Origin: a virus
Strand: one strand, 5' to 3'
Length of the DNA: 64,000 nucleotides
Virus record (IMG/VR): IMGVR_UViG_3300020020_000001
Coordinates: 16,171 to 80,170 of that record
The notes under the pieces were generated by a model. That model did not search any database. It was given only the letters and a program-made list of their open reading frames with translations, and had not been told where the DNA came from. Position 1 is the first letter of the stretch, and each line of letters opens with the position of its first letter. The position numbers and the translations under genes are program-made. Positions 40,669-50,300 of the stretch are shown here, piece by piece.

Positions 40669-41760
40669 CTAAGCATTGACCGTGCTCAGGTTGCTATCTA
40701 GGTAGTTGCCAGACCAGTCAATGCCTGAGTGGTTACAAGCATCGGTGAGTCCATAAGCAGCGGAGTAATCGTGACCAGCCTTAGCAGGTACAAACCGGTT
40801 TTTACGTACAACAAAACCAATACCTTGCTCTGGACAGTACACGGTGTAAGCACCGCCACCAAAGAAATTGTTCTCAACCAGCCACATGTTATTTGCGGTT
40901 GGGTTTGTGATGATGGCTGACGTCATTGGATTCAGTTGTAACATTGTGTTGTGTCGAATAACAACGTTGTTACCACCCTGTGACTGAATACCATCACCAT
41001 GTGGAGCATTGCCGCGACCTTGTTCAGAACCTCGAATGAATGACTCAGTGATTTGTGAGTTGCTGTTCATTTCCAACCCGTTCTCACACTTGTCAATATA
41101 CATACGAGTGGCGCGGAAGTTCGGTCCAGCAAGTGCATTACCATGTGCGTAGTTACACGTAATTTCCGTGTCGCTAATTGTAGCTACGCCAGTTGCGGGT
41201 ACTCTATCCGTGTTGATACCGTGGTAGCAAGAGTCTGACACTAGCAGCTTCACGTTGCGAATAACTACATTCGCCGCGAAGATGTAGATACAACCATTGT
41301 GTTCCCGGTTTTCTAGTACAGTACCAGCTACTGTTATATTGATAACACCACTCGAACTGGTAAGCACTGTTCCAGTTGGGACACCAGTGTTCACGGCCGT
41401 TGGATACCCACAGGCACCAGGATTCGACCAACAATTGGTCGGTGTTGGACTAGGTGTTGTTACAGTAGGCGAAGGAGTAGGACTAACTGTCTGACTCGCT
41501 GACGCTGACGGGCTTCCTGTGGGTGTGGTCAGAAGTGCAATGATTGCATTCTGATCATTGATACAGTTGACGGCCCGTGTCCGTTGCGAACTACTTGTTG
41601 TATTACTCGCAAGTAGTTGACAGTTTGCCTTAGCATCCTCTGCTAACTGTAACCGGCTCGATACGGACGATGGCGCAGCGCTAGCTAGCGACGACCAACC
41701 GAGCATAATGATTACTGCACCACCAATTACTGATGCAGCAACCTTACTATTCCGGTGCAT
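40669..41760 (-). CDS. Secreted right-handed beta-helix (pectin-lyase-like) protein
   Basis: Signal peptide, P/T linker, 'GYP...NTGVP.G..L', 'HGDGIQ..GG.N..IRHN'. Confidence 0.75.
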   Translation of the reverse strand: MHRNSKVAASVIGGAVIIMLGWSSLASAAPSSVSSRLQLAEDAKANCQLLASNTTSSSQRTRAVNCINDQNAIIALLTTPTGSPSASASQTVSPTPSPTVTTPSPTPTNCWSNPGACGYPTAVNTGVPTGTVLTSSSGVINITVAGTVLENREHNGCIYIFAANVVIRNVKLLVSDSCYHGINTDRVPATGVATISDTEITCNYAHGNALAGPNFRATRMYIDKCENGLEMNSNSQITESFIRGSEQGRGNAPHGDGIQSQGGNNVVIRHNTMLQLNPMTSAIITNPTANNMWLVENNFFGGGAYTVYCPEQGIGFVVRKNRFVPAKAGHDYSAAYGLTDACNHSGIDWSGNYLDSNLSTVNA

Positions 41761-41813
41761 CCATACTCCTTAACTCGAAAACATTGGAGTAATGTCTGAA
41801 CCCCGTACAATAT

Positions 41814-41887
41814 TGGCATGAGTTGTAGGATTTGAACCCACACAAAAGACTTTGGAGGCCTTTATGCTACCGTTACATCAAACTCAC
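41814..41887 (-). tRNA. tRNA-Trp(CCA), CCA end encoded
   Basis: Loop CUCCAAA; U11-A24. Confidence 0.9.
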
Positions 41888-41968
41888 TAGGTGTGACCAC
41901 AGCTCAGACACTATGGCCACACTTGGTTACCTATTTCTCCGCCCGCTAGAGCTAGAAAGAAGGAACCG

Positions 41969-42040
41969 CACCCTCAGCAGGATTCGAACCTGCACTTATA
42001 GCTTCGTAGGCTATTACTCTGTCCGTTGAGTTATAAGGGT
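41969..42040 (-). tRNA. tRNA-Arg(ACG)
   Basis: Loop CUACGAA. Confidence 0.9.
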
Positions 42041-42316
42041 TTATGTGGTGGGCTTCTCATTAACTGTGCTTCCCCACAGGGGTTACCTCGCATGGCGAAC
42101 CTACACCCGCCCACCACTCAAGTGTACGGCATGGTTGGTAACTAGTCACTGAGACATTTATGGTCCCTCCCAAGATTTACGTCGGGGGAGGGATTCCGAC
42201 GTTTCCACTAATGGCCTGAGGAGACTATATCATGGAAACTTAAGTACGTAGTGACTGGGCAGTACTGTGTGCATCCCGGCAACATAGTGCAGCAACCACT
42301 ACGCACGACTATGAAA

Positions 42317-42407
42317 GCTTTGGATATGCTTAACTGAATCGAATTGTCAGCGCTGCAATGCGCCGTCCTGTGAATGGGTGGATAACCGATTCATTCCGAC
42401 CCAAAGC
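42317..42407 (-). ncRNA. Y RNA #4
   Basis: GCUUUGG-GUCGGAA-UGAAUCG-GUUAUC ... CGAUUCA...AUAU-CCAAAGC. Confidence 0.85.
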
Positions 42408-42436
42408 CCCGGTGCCGTTGGCCTCCGGCAGAAAAT

Positions 42437-42583
42437 AGATTCGGATATGTATTTGTAATTGGAAATGGCTTGCGCCAAGGCAATTGCTCTACCAATTGAG
42501 CTATACGACGATAAATCGTCGCAGTAGGACTCGAACCTACAACCCATTGCTTCCAGATAACCAACTACGGCCGACCCGAACCT
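42437..42583 (-). ncRNA. yrlA: Y RNA #5, canonical YrlA type (T arm, closed acceptor-like stem, D arm)
   Basis: GUAGG-UUCGAGU-CCUAC, UGCGACG/CGUCGUA, UAGCUCAAUUGGUAGAGC inside the Ro stem AGGUUCGG-GUCG...UUAUC / AUAU-CCGAAUCU. Confidence 0.92.
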
Positions 42584-42666
42584 GAAACTTGAATGCGTAT
42601 CTCGTCCTCCACTATACGCTTACCACACCCATAACGGCACGTGTGGCATCCACTTTTTCATAGCTA

Positions 42667-42744
42667 AGACACGGATATATACCACTAGACAAGGAGTTTT
42701 ATCTCCAAATGATAGGATAACCCTTGTCAATCCGACCCGTGTTT
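42667..42744 (-). ncRNA. Y RNA #6 (minimal, 78 nt)
   Basis: AAACACGG-GUCGGAUU-GACAAGG-GUUAUC ... CCUUGUC...AUAU-CCGUGUCU. Confidence 0.85.
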
Positions 42745-42777
42745 GACGTCAGCCCTCTGTCTGACAATGATGTAGTA

Positions 42778-42916
42778 TCGTGGATATGTATTGAGATCGG
42801 GAGTTTCACCTATTACTAGGCTAGCCGGTACCGTCCGGCGTATGGTGTTGGTCCGTGTCGCGGAGCACCATGGTGGAATTGAACCATCGATAACCGATTA
42901 CTCTGCCGACCCACGA
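42778..42916 (-). ncRNA. Y RNA #7 (divergent YrlA-like)
   Basis: UCGUGG-GUCGGCA...AUCGG-UUAUC, UGG-UUCAAUU-CCA, AUGGUG/CACCAU, GCCGG/CCGGC, AUAU-CCACGA. Confidence 0.85.
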
Positions 42917-43281
42917 ATTAAATCTAGTAGTCCTGGAAATGTCTCACCCAAATTGTACGCTAGGTGATCATTACCGCCAGAATCTCTTACCGTTCTTGAT
43001 ACTGCCTTTGGCAGTTGATGTTTCAGGTTGTTACAAGTTCCATGTGCTAACTGCACGTTTGCGTCGTCACGAGCTTCATCAAGTGTGCACAGTGCGAAGT
43101 CTTTTATGTGGTCGCGGGACCAATCTTCTCTTTTAACTGGCTGAAAGCACAGTTGACAGATTCCGCGATCTCTTACATAAATTCGTTCGAGTTGTGCTCT
43201 TTTATTTTTTGTTTCGTTGCGACGTCTTCGTGCTTCGTGATTCATGTTGACCCAGTCTGGCTTTTGATGTGCTTTACTCAA
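42898..43281 (-). CDS. HNH endonuclease
   Basis: 'RD.GICQLC', 'DH', 'N.QLAH..CN..K'. Confidence 0.85.
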   Translation of the reverse strand: MSKAHQKPDWVNMNHEARRRRNETKNKRAQLERIYVRDRGICQLCFQPVKREDWSRDHIKDFALCTLDEARDDANVQLAHGTCNNLKHQLPKAVSRTVRDSGGNDHLAYNLGETFPGLLDLIRGSAE

Positions 43282-43572
43282 TGGGCATCATCTCTCTTTA
43301 TTGTTATTGCTACTCTTCTTCCATCACCACTGCATGTTGTGAATGCGCCCTCTTTAAAAACACATTCTCATGTTGGGTGGCAGTGGCTTCACAATGGAAC
43401 CTTTAGTAGCCATCGTCACGTCTTTTTGGCACCCGGCAACTAGGTCATTGTTGGCAGCTAATCGCCGGGGCACACCAAAATTTTTTGCGTTATGCGATTT
43501 TAGTGTCTAATTTCTGACACTGTAATAGTCCGGTTAGACCGTAGTCTCTGTGGCGGGACCATACCCACATAG

Positions 43573-43644
43573 TAGCGCAGTCGGGAGTTGAACCCGAATC
43601 TTCAGGGTTATGAGCCCTGCGTGTTACCTTTACACCACCGCGCG
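43573..43644 (-). tRNA. Initiator tRNA-fMet(CAU)
   Basis: C1:U72 mismatch and three G-C pairs in the anticodon stem. Confidence 0.9.
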
Positions 43645-43660
43645 ATGTTATTATATTACG

Positions 43661-43732
43661 TACACCCACAGGGATTCGAACCCCGAACCTATGCCTTGTA
43701 AGGACACCGCTCTCCCGTTGAGCTATAGGTGC
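43661..43732 (-). tRNA. tRNA-Val(UAC)
   Basis: Loop CUUACAA. Confidence 0.9.
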
Positions 43733-44495
43733 AAGATGCAGCAACCTTTGTTTCATGGTCATCACTCAGCAGTGTTAACAATCAGAGATCTCCTCTGACA
43801 ACATACGGTTGCTGCAAATCTTCCATTTGTTGAAGTTTATGCGTGGACTTTGGCCCTGAGGAGCCACGCTTCCTACTTAAGTACGCTGGCCCGGACGGAA
43901 CCATTGTACTAGGCTAACACACTGTATCAAGCTTAGACACAAAGCGATACAGTGTGTCCTCGCGCTGCGCTCGAAAGGTAAAATGGACAAAAACCCTTGA
44001 GGCGCGCTAAAGGTCTAACAAGTATGGAATTCTCAAATCCCAAGGACCAGAAGACTGTCAGCCCTCTGTCACGTGCCAACGAGAAGAACCGTAGCACGTG
44101 CTCGCGGTCGAGGTCAAGGGTATTCGTTCAATCATCATTCGCGCTGGTCAGAGCGTGATCAAATCGACGAAAGTCAATATGTCCGATATGTCCTCTGCAA
44201 CTTGCAACTGGCAGGTGCAGAACACGTTACTAGTACACTGACTAGTAACATGCACAACATCTGCTAGACGTTCAATGTTAGAGTGATTCGCGTGCTAACT
44301 TCCTCTGCTGACATCATTTCAAGTTGCCCAATAAACTTGTCACGGAGATGCTCCATGACAAATTCCTTGAGATCTTGAAACGGTACCTCAACAAAGAGGT
44401 GACCATCGTCAGCCGGTTCTACCTTATCCTTTGACACCGTGATAAGGACGTTGCCGGAGAAATCACCATTGAAATGGAATCTTACATTCTTAGTA

Positions 44496-44852
44496 CTAAG
44501 AGAGTGCATCTTTGTATTCCTCAACTGTCTCAGCGAACTTGGTAAATTCTTCTATCAACCATTCTGGTACATCAGCTTCGTCACCATCAAGACCATTGCC
44601 AAGGAAAATAACGTTCCCTACAAGGATATCACCACGTGGCCAACCAAGTTTATGTGCAAATTTGGTTGCTACTGTGTTAGGACGAAGTGCTTGTATCTTT
44701 CCTTCTTCATTACAATAGCCATGCCAGTCACTATGTGAGTTTCCACTGCTAAAGACCTCAATGTAACCACCCACAGTAGCCTGTAGCCACTCTAGTGTCA
44801 CGTCGATATGGAATATTGAGGCCATTTCAGCTTCAATAACGAGTACCTTCAT
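44496..44852 (-). CDS. DUF3846-like protein
   Basis: 'L..LQ..VGGYIE', 'CNEEGK...L.PN..AT', 'D.L.G.V...G'. Confidence 0.8.
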   Translation of the reverse strand: MKVLVIEAEMASIFHIDVTLEWLQATVGGYIEVFSSGNSHSDWHGYCNEEGKIQALRPNTVATKFAHKLGWPRGDILVGNVIFLGNGLDGDEADVPEWLIEEFTKFAETVEEYKDALS

Positions 44853-46097
44853 TTTTTCTCCATTTGTTAGTTGTGCAACACGACACTCAATCGAGTTGAG
44901 TGTCATGCAATACAACTAAGCCGGTGCCTTTTCTCTGCGTCTGCGCTTTGGTTTTTCTGGTTTTGGGTCACCGTTTACATAAGTTAGAAAATCTGGATGT
45001 GCTTCGTAACAGGTTTTGTTCACACATGGTGTAATGTGACCATATCGTGTCACTAATTCGTAACAGTTTGGTCTATTCCGTCCATCAGGATGACAAGTAT
45101 TTGGGTGACAGAGTGGTTCCGCTTTGTGACCACGACTGTATCCACCGGGCAAATTACCCATTCTGCGTTGACAGTGGGCACAGCCCATCGTTGCGCCATA
45201 CGTTGTGCCGTTTCCGGCCATTTTGCGGCTTGGCGACTTGTTGTAGTTCATGTACTCTCTTCCAATTATGGTACTGGAATATATGCAGCGGTAACATCAG
45301 TCCAAACTGGTACTGGTATGTTTGATTCAAAAATCTTGACTGCACGTACTCCACCACCAACACGAGCGACTGCCCGCAAACGATTGAAAGCGCTTACTGC
45401 CTCCGCTTCAGGCATTTGTGGTAATTCAGTTGCTACCCAATCATCAGTTGTAACACTGCCGGCCGGAACGCCAACCGGTCCAGATTCATAGGTAACCTTA
45501 AACAGATTAGCCATTCTCCACCTCTGATTCTTCTAGCTCCTTGCTAGGAGCGTTGAAACCTTTACCGGGAGGACATTCTGGACAAGGAGATCCGTCGTAC
45601 CAAGGCTTGTACTGTCTGTGTGGGCAAGCCCAGTCCACCTCTTCTGGTGCGGTACGCAGTTGCCTTATTACTAGAACTGCTACGCCGACTACACCTGCTA
45701 CTGTCGCAGCCAGTATAGCATAACCGAGCGGAGTCTTAGGAATCATGTGCGCAAACTCCATCCTGTGGGCAATCACCAATGTCGCAGCGATCACAGTCAC
45801 AATAACATTCTTCATGGCAGTCATCGAGAAAGATATCGATACCTACGTCCTGTGGGATTGGTTCAGGTCGAAAGATCTTCATCCCAAATACATTCCACTT
45901 CTAATTCGGTCATGTCAAGCAGGATAGCTAACCGATGAATTTCGGTTCGCTTTCGAATCTCCATCTCGCGGAAGTACAGGTTTCGTGTTCCCTTGATGTA
46001 TAATTCTTTCATTTGCTCAACAGTTATCGTTGCCAATTCTACTCCTTCGATCTTAGTTGTGCAACACGGCTCAGGTGCAAGACCTGAACCATGCAAC

Positions 46098-46829
46098 TCA
46101 ACTACCAATCGCACGTCGAGTACTATGCTGCGAGCTAATCCTAGTACCACCGAGGTCAGCACGCTGACCGGCAGAAGTACCAGCACTACGGCCAGCACTA
46201 CTACTAGCACTGAAACTGGTACGTCTATAGCTCAACCGTGGAAAGACAGTGCTAACAAGGTTCTTAACGATTTGCGCCTTGTTGACTAGCACCAATTCCA
46301 TACCACTGCCCTCACTTGCCTTCTTGATATCTTCCTTTGCCCGTTGTGAAGCAACCTTGATGCGAATGATTACCGTACTCACAAAGGCAGAAACAAAGGA
46401 ACCATTGAAGGTTCGACCATGCTCACGCGCAGGCTTGTAGACCTGCGCATTTGCCAAAGCCGTATCAAGTTGCAAGACGAGAGACATGTAGAGCATAAAC
46501 ACGCGCTCAATGTCATCATCAGTACCAAACACACTAACCTTGTTACCTTCGATCGTTACAGCAAAGCAACCAAAGGCGTGGCAAATCGCTTGTAGAAGTG
46601 AGTCTTTCCTATTTGGGTATGTACCAACGATCTTAAAGATACGATGCGAAGCGGTCAATGGCCGCTGCTCTTTAGCAGCGAGCATATCCTGCTCAATGCC
46701 ATGCTTCGTCATCAGATACGTGATCTTGTCAATGATCGAAGCACGTTCGTCTTCTGTCGTAGCTCTGTCTTCGGCCTTAACCATTAGTTTTTCGATGATT
46801 TCAAGCCACTTGTTATTAGGTTCTGTCAT
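46098..46829 (-). CDS. DUF2786-like protein
   Basis: 'I.KL..KAE....T..E......K...LM.KHGI', 'FG...D.ERV..LY.SL..Q', Gly-rich 'G..AG..ADLG'. Confidence 0.75.
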   Translation of the reverse strand: MTEPNNKWLEIIEKLMVKAEDRATTEDERASIIDKITYLMTKHGIEQDMLAAKEQRPLTASHRIFKIVGTYPNRKDSLLQAICHAFGCFAVTIEGNKVSVFGTDDDIERVFMLYMSLVLQLDTALANAQVYKPAREHGRTFNGSFVSAFVSTVIIRIKVASQRAKEDIKKASEGSGMELVLVNKAQIVKNLVSTVFPRLSYRRTSFSASSSAGRSAGTSAGQRADLGGTRISSQHSTRRAIGS

Positions 46830-46897
46830 TTTGTATCACCTCTCCATTTTAGTGGTACAGTACCAAGCTAGTACTAGACTAGCATGATACAACGCCG

Positions 46898-47356
46898 CTA
46901 AGTGAAGTTTAATACTGCGTATTCACCAAAGTGTTGTATTGCTTTGTCGTCATATGCTTTGGCTGCAACCATTTCATTTTCAAACAGACCTATATTTATT
47001 CTTCTTCCGTCAACTTGTATACGAGCAATCCACTTTTTACGATCTTTCCGAAAAACAACACCCTTATATTTAGAAGATCGTCCTGATCTCTTTTGTCGAT
47101 TTGCAGCATTTTGTGATGTTGTTGCCGGTCGAAGATTAGCTCTTGTGTTATCTAGCCCGTCACCATTTACATGATCTACTTGAGCAAATCCAGTTATTAA
47201 CGTATGCATCAACTGTTTTCCATATGTTCCTACACTTCGTCCCGCGTAGAATTTGTTATATCCTTTCTTAGCGTGCCACTTATATTGAACAACCAGGTCG
47301 TAGTCTTCGTCATCTACGATGGCTTGCTGTCCTTGTGTTAGTGGAATAAATCGCAT
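46898..47356 (-). CDS. HNH-AP2 homing endonuclease
   Basis: 'VDH.NGDGLDN.R.NLR.AT..QN..N', 'S.YKGV', 'W.A.I......I.LG.F..E..AA.AYD..A...FGEYA.LNF'. Confidence 0.92.
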   Translation of the reverse strand: MRFIPLTQGQQAIVDDEDYDLVVQYKWHAKKGYNKFYAGRSVGTYGKQLMHTLITGFAQVDHVNGDGLDNTRANLRPATTSQNAANRQKRSGRSSKYKGVVFRKDRKKWIARIQVDGRRINIGLFENEMVAAKAYDDKAIQHFGEYAVLNFT

Positions 47357-50300
47357 CACGGCCTCTTTAGTCAAATTGTACCGCGTCCTGTGGGTTAGCC
47401 CACAGGGCACGATACAATGTCACTAAAAGGCTTTGTATAGTCGATTGGTTAAAATAACCCACTTTGTGGCGTCGTGATGCTTAGTGAGAGCATAAAGATG
47501 TTCTTTTAGAAACCTCAACAAGTCGATTTCCTGAGCATCTGGTGGCATTTCTTCTTTGTCGATCAATTCAATTTCTACAAGGTATTTCATTTACATTCCA
47601 TGTGTTGGACAGTGTTGCGCACCACAAGTGATGACTCCGATTCCAACATCTGCCTCACAGCAAGGTGTGTCACAAGTGCAGATCTCAGTCTCTTGTGGCG
47701 GAAGATCAACACATGCCTGACAGATTTCGTGCTCGCAGTCATCGCATAGCCCATCATCGGCTGCTATATGACCAGTTTTGCTAAGTTTAGCACACGCACA
47801 ACACAGATTACAGAGAGGGAGTCCCATTCGTGCGAACTCTCTATCCTCACAGATGTAACACCCGTTACGATGTACCTTCTGTGTCGTCACTGGAACATTG
47901 TCTAGAAGAAAATACGCAGGATCATTCGGTCTCTGATGCATCCGTGGTGTGCTGTGACTGGTCATTTACCTCATCCTTCGTCGGAGTAGGGTTGTTGAGC
48001 CGATCGCGCGCAGTGACGGCATCATTGATGTTGTCATACTCAGTGTACTTATACTCAGTCTTTTCACCATTCAGTACCGCTTGCCATTCATCGCTATCAA
48101 CAACGCGGAACTTCTTAGTGAGATTGGTGTTACTGAACGGATACAATGCAACATATGACATTATTACTCCTCAAATATGAAACCATAAGTTAGAAACCAC
48201 TTAGCTAGGTAAGCATCACGGAATCTACGTCTACGTTCTAATTCTGCATTACGTAAGTCTCTATAGCGAACTATGTGTAAGTATTTTCTCTTACGTTTGT
48301 TTTCCTTACACCATTGGCCGATCCTGACCATACATGCCCTACATTCAACACTTAGGCCAGGATCGTCCAAATTCACTACCGTTCCTTTTGTTGTGATGGA
48401 TGCTCGCCACGAGAGCGGAGCAGCATTTCTAAACGATCAACTCTAGCTTTCGCTTTGTCGAGTCGTTCTTGTTGTTTAGTGAGTCTTTGTGCCGTCCGGA
48501 ATTTCTCTACAATTACTGGATCGTTACCACACGTGTTGCAAAAGCCTGGTGGTCGACCACGTCGAGCTGGAATTGCATAGACTTCCTGACAGGCATTGCA
48601 AAACAGCATCATGTTGTCATGCTTTTCTGTCATTTTTCATCCATTCGTTTTGTTTGAATGAACAGCACGGCACTCACTATGGGTGAGTGCCATACAGATC
48701 ATTCATCTCTGGGTTGTACTCTCTTTCAGTGGATCCTTTTTGAGGGAAAGACACAATCTCTCAATCTGGTTTAGTCGCTCTTGCGCGGACATGGTTACAT
48801 TCACGGTGATAATGCTTAGAACCTGACTCGCTAGTGTAGCCTTTCCGTCTTCTAAACCGCCATGATAAGTCATGGTACCTTCTTCTCCACACTGTAGATG
48901 CGGATATCAGACAATCTAATTGCCTTCAGCATTCTACGACGCTTGAACCAGCGAGTCCACAAGAACAATGTGGTATTCTTCTTGTCGCGCGTCTCTTCGA
49001 TAATGTCACTAAAAATCTCAACTGCACCATCGATTTTCGTTATTACATATCGAACCGAAGGATCATATTTTATTGGATCACTTTTCATAATACCTCCGGA
49101 ACAAAGGTATAAGTCCAACTATGCCATAGCTTATCAGTTGGTAGATGACCCAAATCATAGCTCGGATTCAGTTTAGCGTGGATCTCTTCACCTTCACGCC
49201 GAAGTGTCCAAACTGCATTCATAAGAAACCACCCACCACGTTCCTCTTGGTTTTTCAGAATGGTTTCTAGTCGCTCGCGCTCGATGCGCTTTTCTACTTC
49301 ACCATACTGGTTATAATGCACGTAGTGCGTAAAATTTTCTGGAGTGGAGGTTTCTGTGTCAGTTTCCTGACGGTCTAAATTATCCACGTTTCATCTGCTT
49401 TCGTGAACACTGAGTGCACGTTCTTGCTTGCACAGTAGCTTTGTTCTTGAAATACTCAAGGTTGCCGGCCGAGTAGTCATCCATACTTACTCGGACGACG
49501 CGCCACGGGCCCCAATTGCGATGAAAGAGAAAATGAATCATTTGTCAATCTCAAACTGCAAAATTGGCTCCTCAATTGTATCAGCAACGAAGGAAACCAT
49601 ATCGTGCCCATCTTCTAGCCAAGCGAGTTGATTCACCATTGCTTCTGTTACAGTTTTGGCTTCATACGCTGCTAGGTCAGTGTCATCAATGTAAAAATGA
49701 CCCTTCAGTGTCACATTTACCTTATGCTTAGCCATTTTTCTCCTTATAGCAACTAATTGAACACTACCACCCTGCCCCGTGGACAGGATGATAGAATTCA
49801 ATCAGGCAGGTACCCAATTTTCATTGGTATTTTCGATATGGTCGGATCGCATCCTAGGATCAACATGCGAGACTACCCGCTCATATCCGAGCTTGATAAT
49901 AAGCCGTCGACGAACTTCGACCTGTACTGGCATACCGGCAGCCTTATCAACTTCGAGTCGGATACCGTGACGTTCCCGCGACTCTTTGCGCATCGCGTTT
50001 GTCTCGCGCACCCACTCTTCGGCTGATGTCAGCCCTGTGGGACCAATGGCAAACACCCGAATAGGTTCCGTGAAATAGAACTTGTACTGCGGGTCGACAT
50101 CAAATGCCGGTTCTCGGTTGAACGCATAGTACTCATACTCATATTCGGCTTTTGTTTTCATTTTGTGTCCTTTGTGTCCGATTTGTTCAGCTAGGTACCT
50201 TATGCGTAAGCGCAAGGTACCTAGATCAACCATCGGCACACTTTCCAGTATATCACGGTTCCGAATAAATTCAAGACGCACCCTGTACCCTGTACTGAGA

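Noticed and set aside
42082-42090. 9-nt antisense match between the 42045-42117 RNA and the helicase insertion (GUUACCUCG), suggesting a guide RNA
   Set aside because: About 0.25 chance matches are expected per strand in 64 kb, an 8-nt version also occurs at 10407, and the junctions do not fit group I or II splice rules.
42201-42248. CTGAGGAG...GAAA resembling a hammerhead core
   Set aside because: No stem II pairing, and it lies on the apparently non-transcribed strand.
42470-42545. Apparent extra tRNA or pseudo-tRNA
   Set aside because: The arms are permuted and there is no anticodon arm; it is the YrlA domain of Y RNA #5.
43733-44260. Possible tmRNA, group I or group II intron in the structured non-coding block
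   Set aside because: No tRNA-like ends, tag ORF, P7 core or domain V recognisable; left unclassified.
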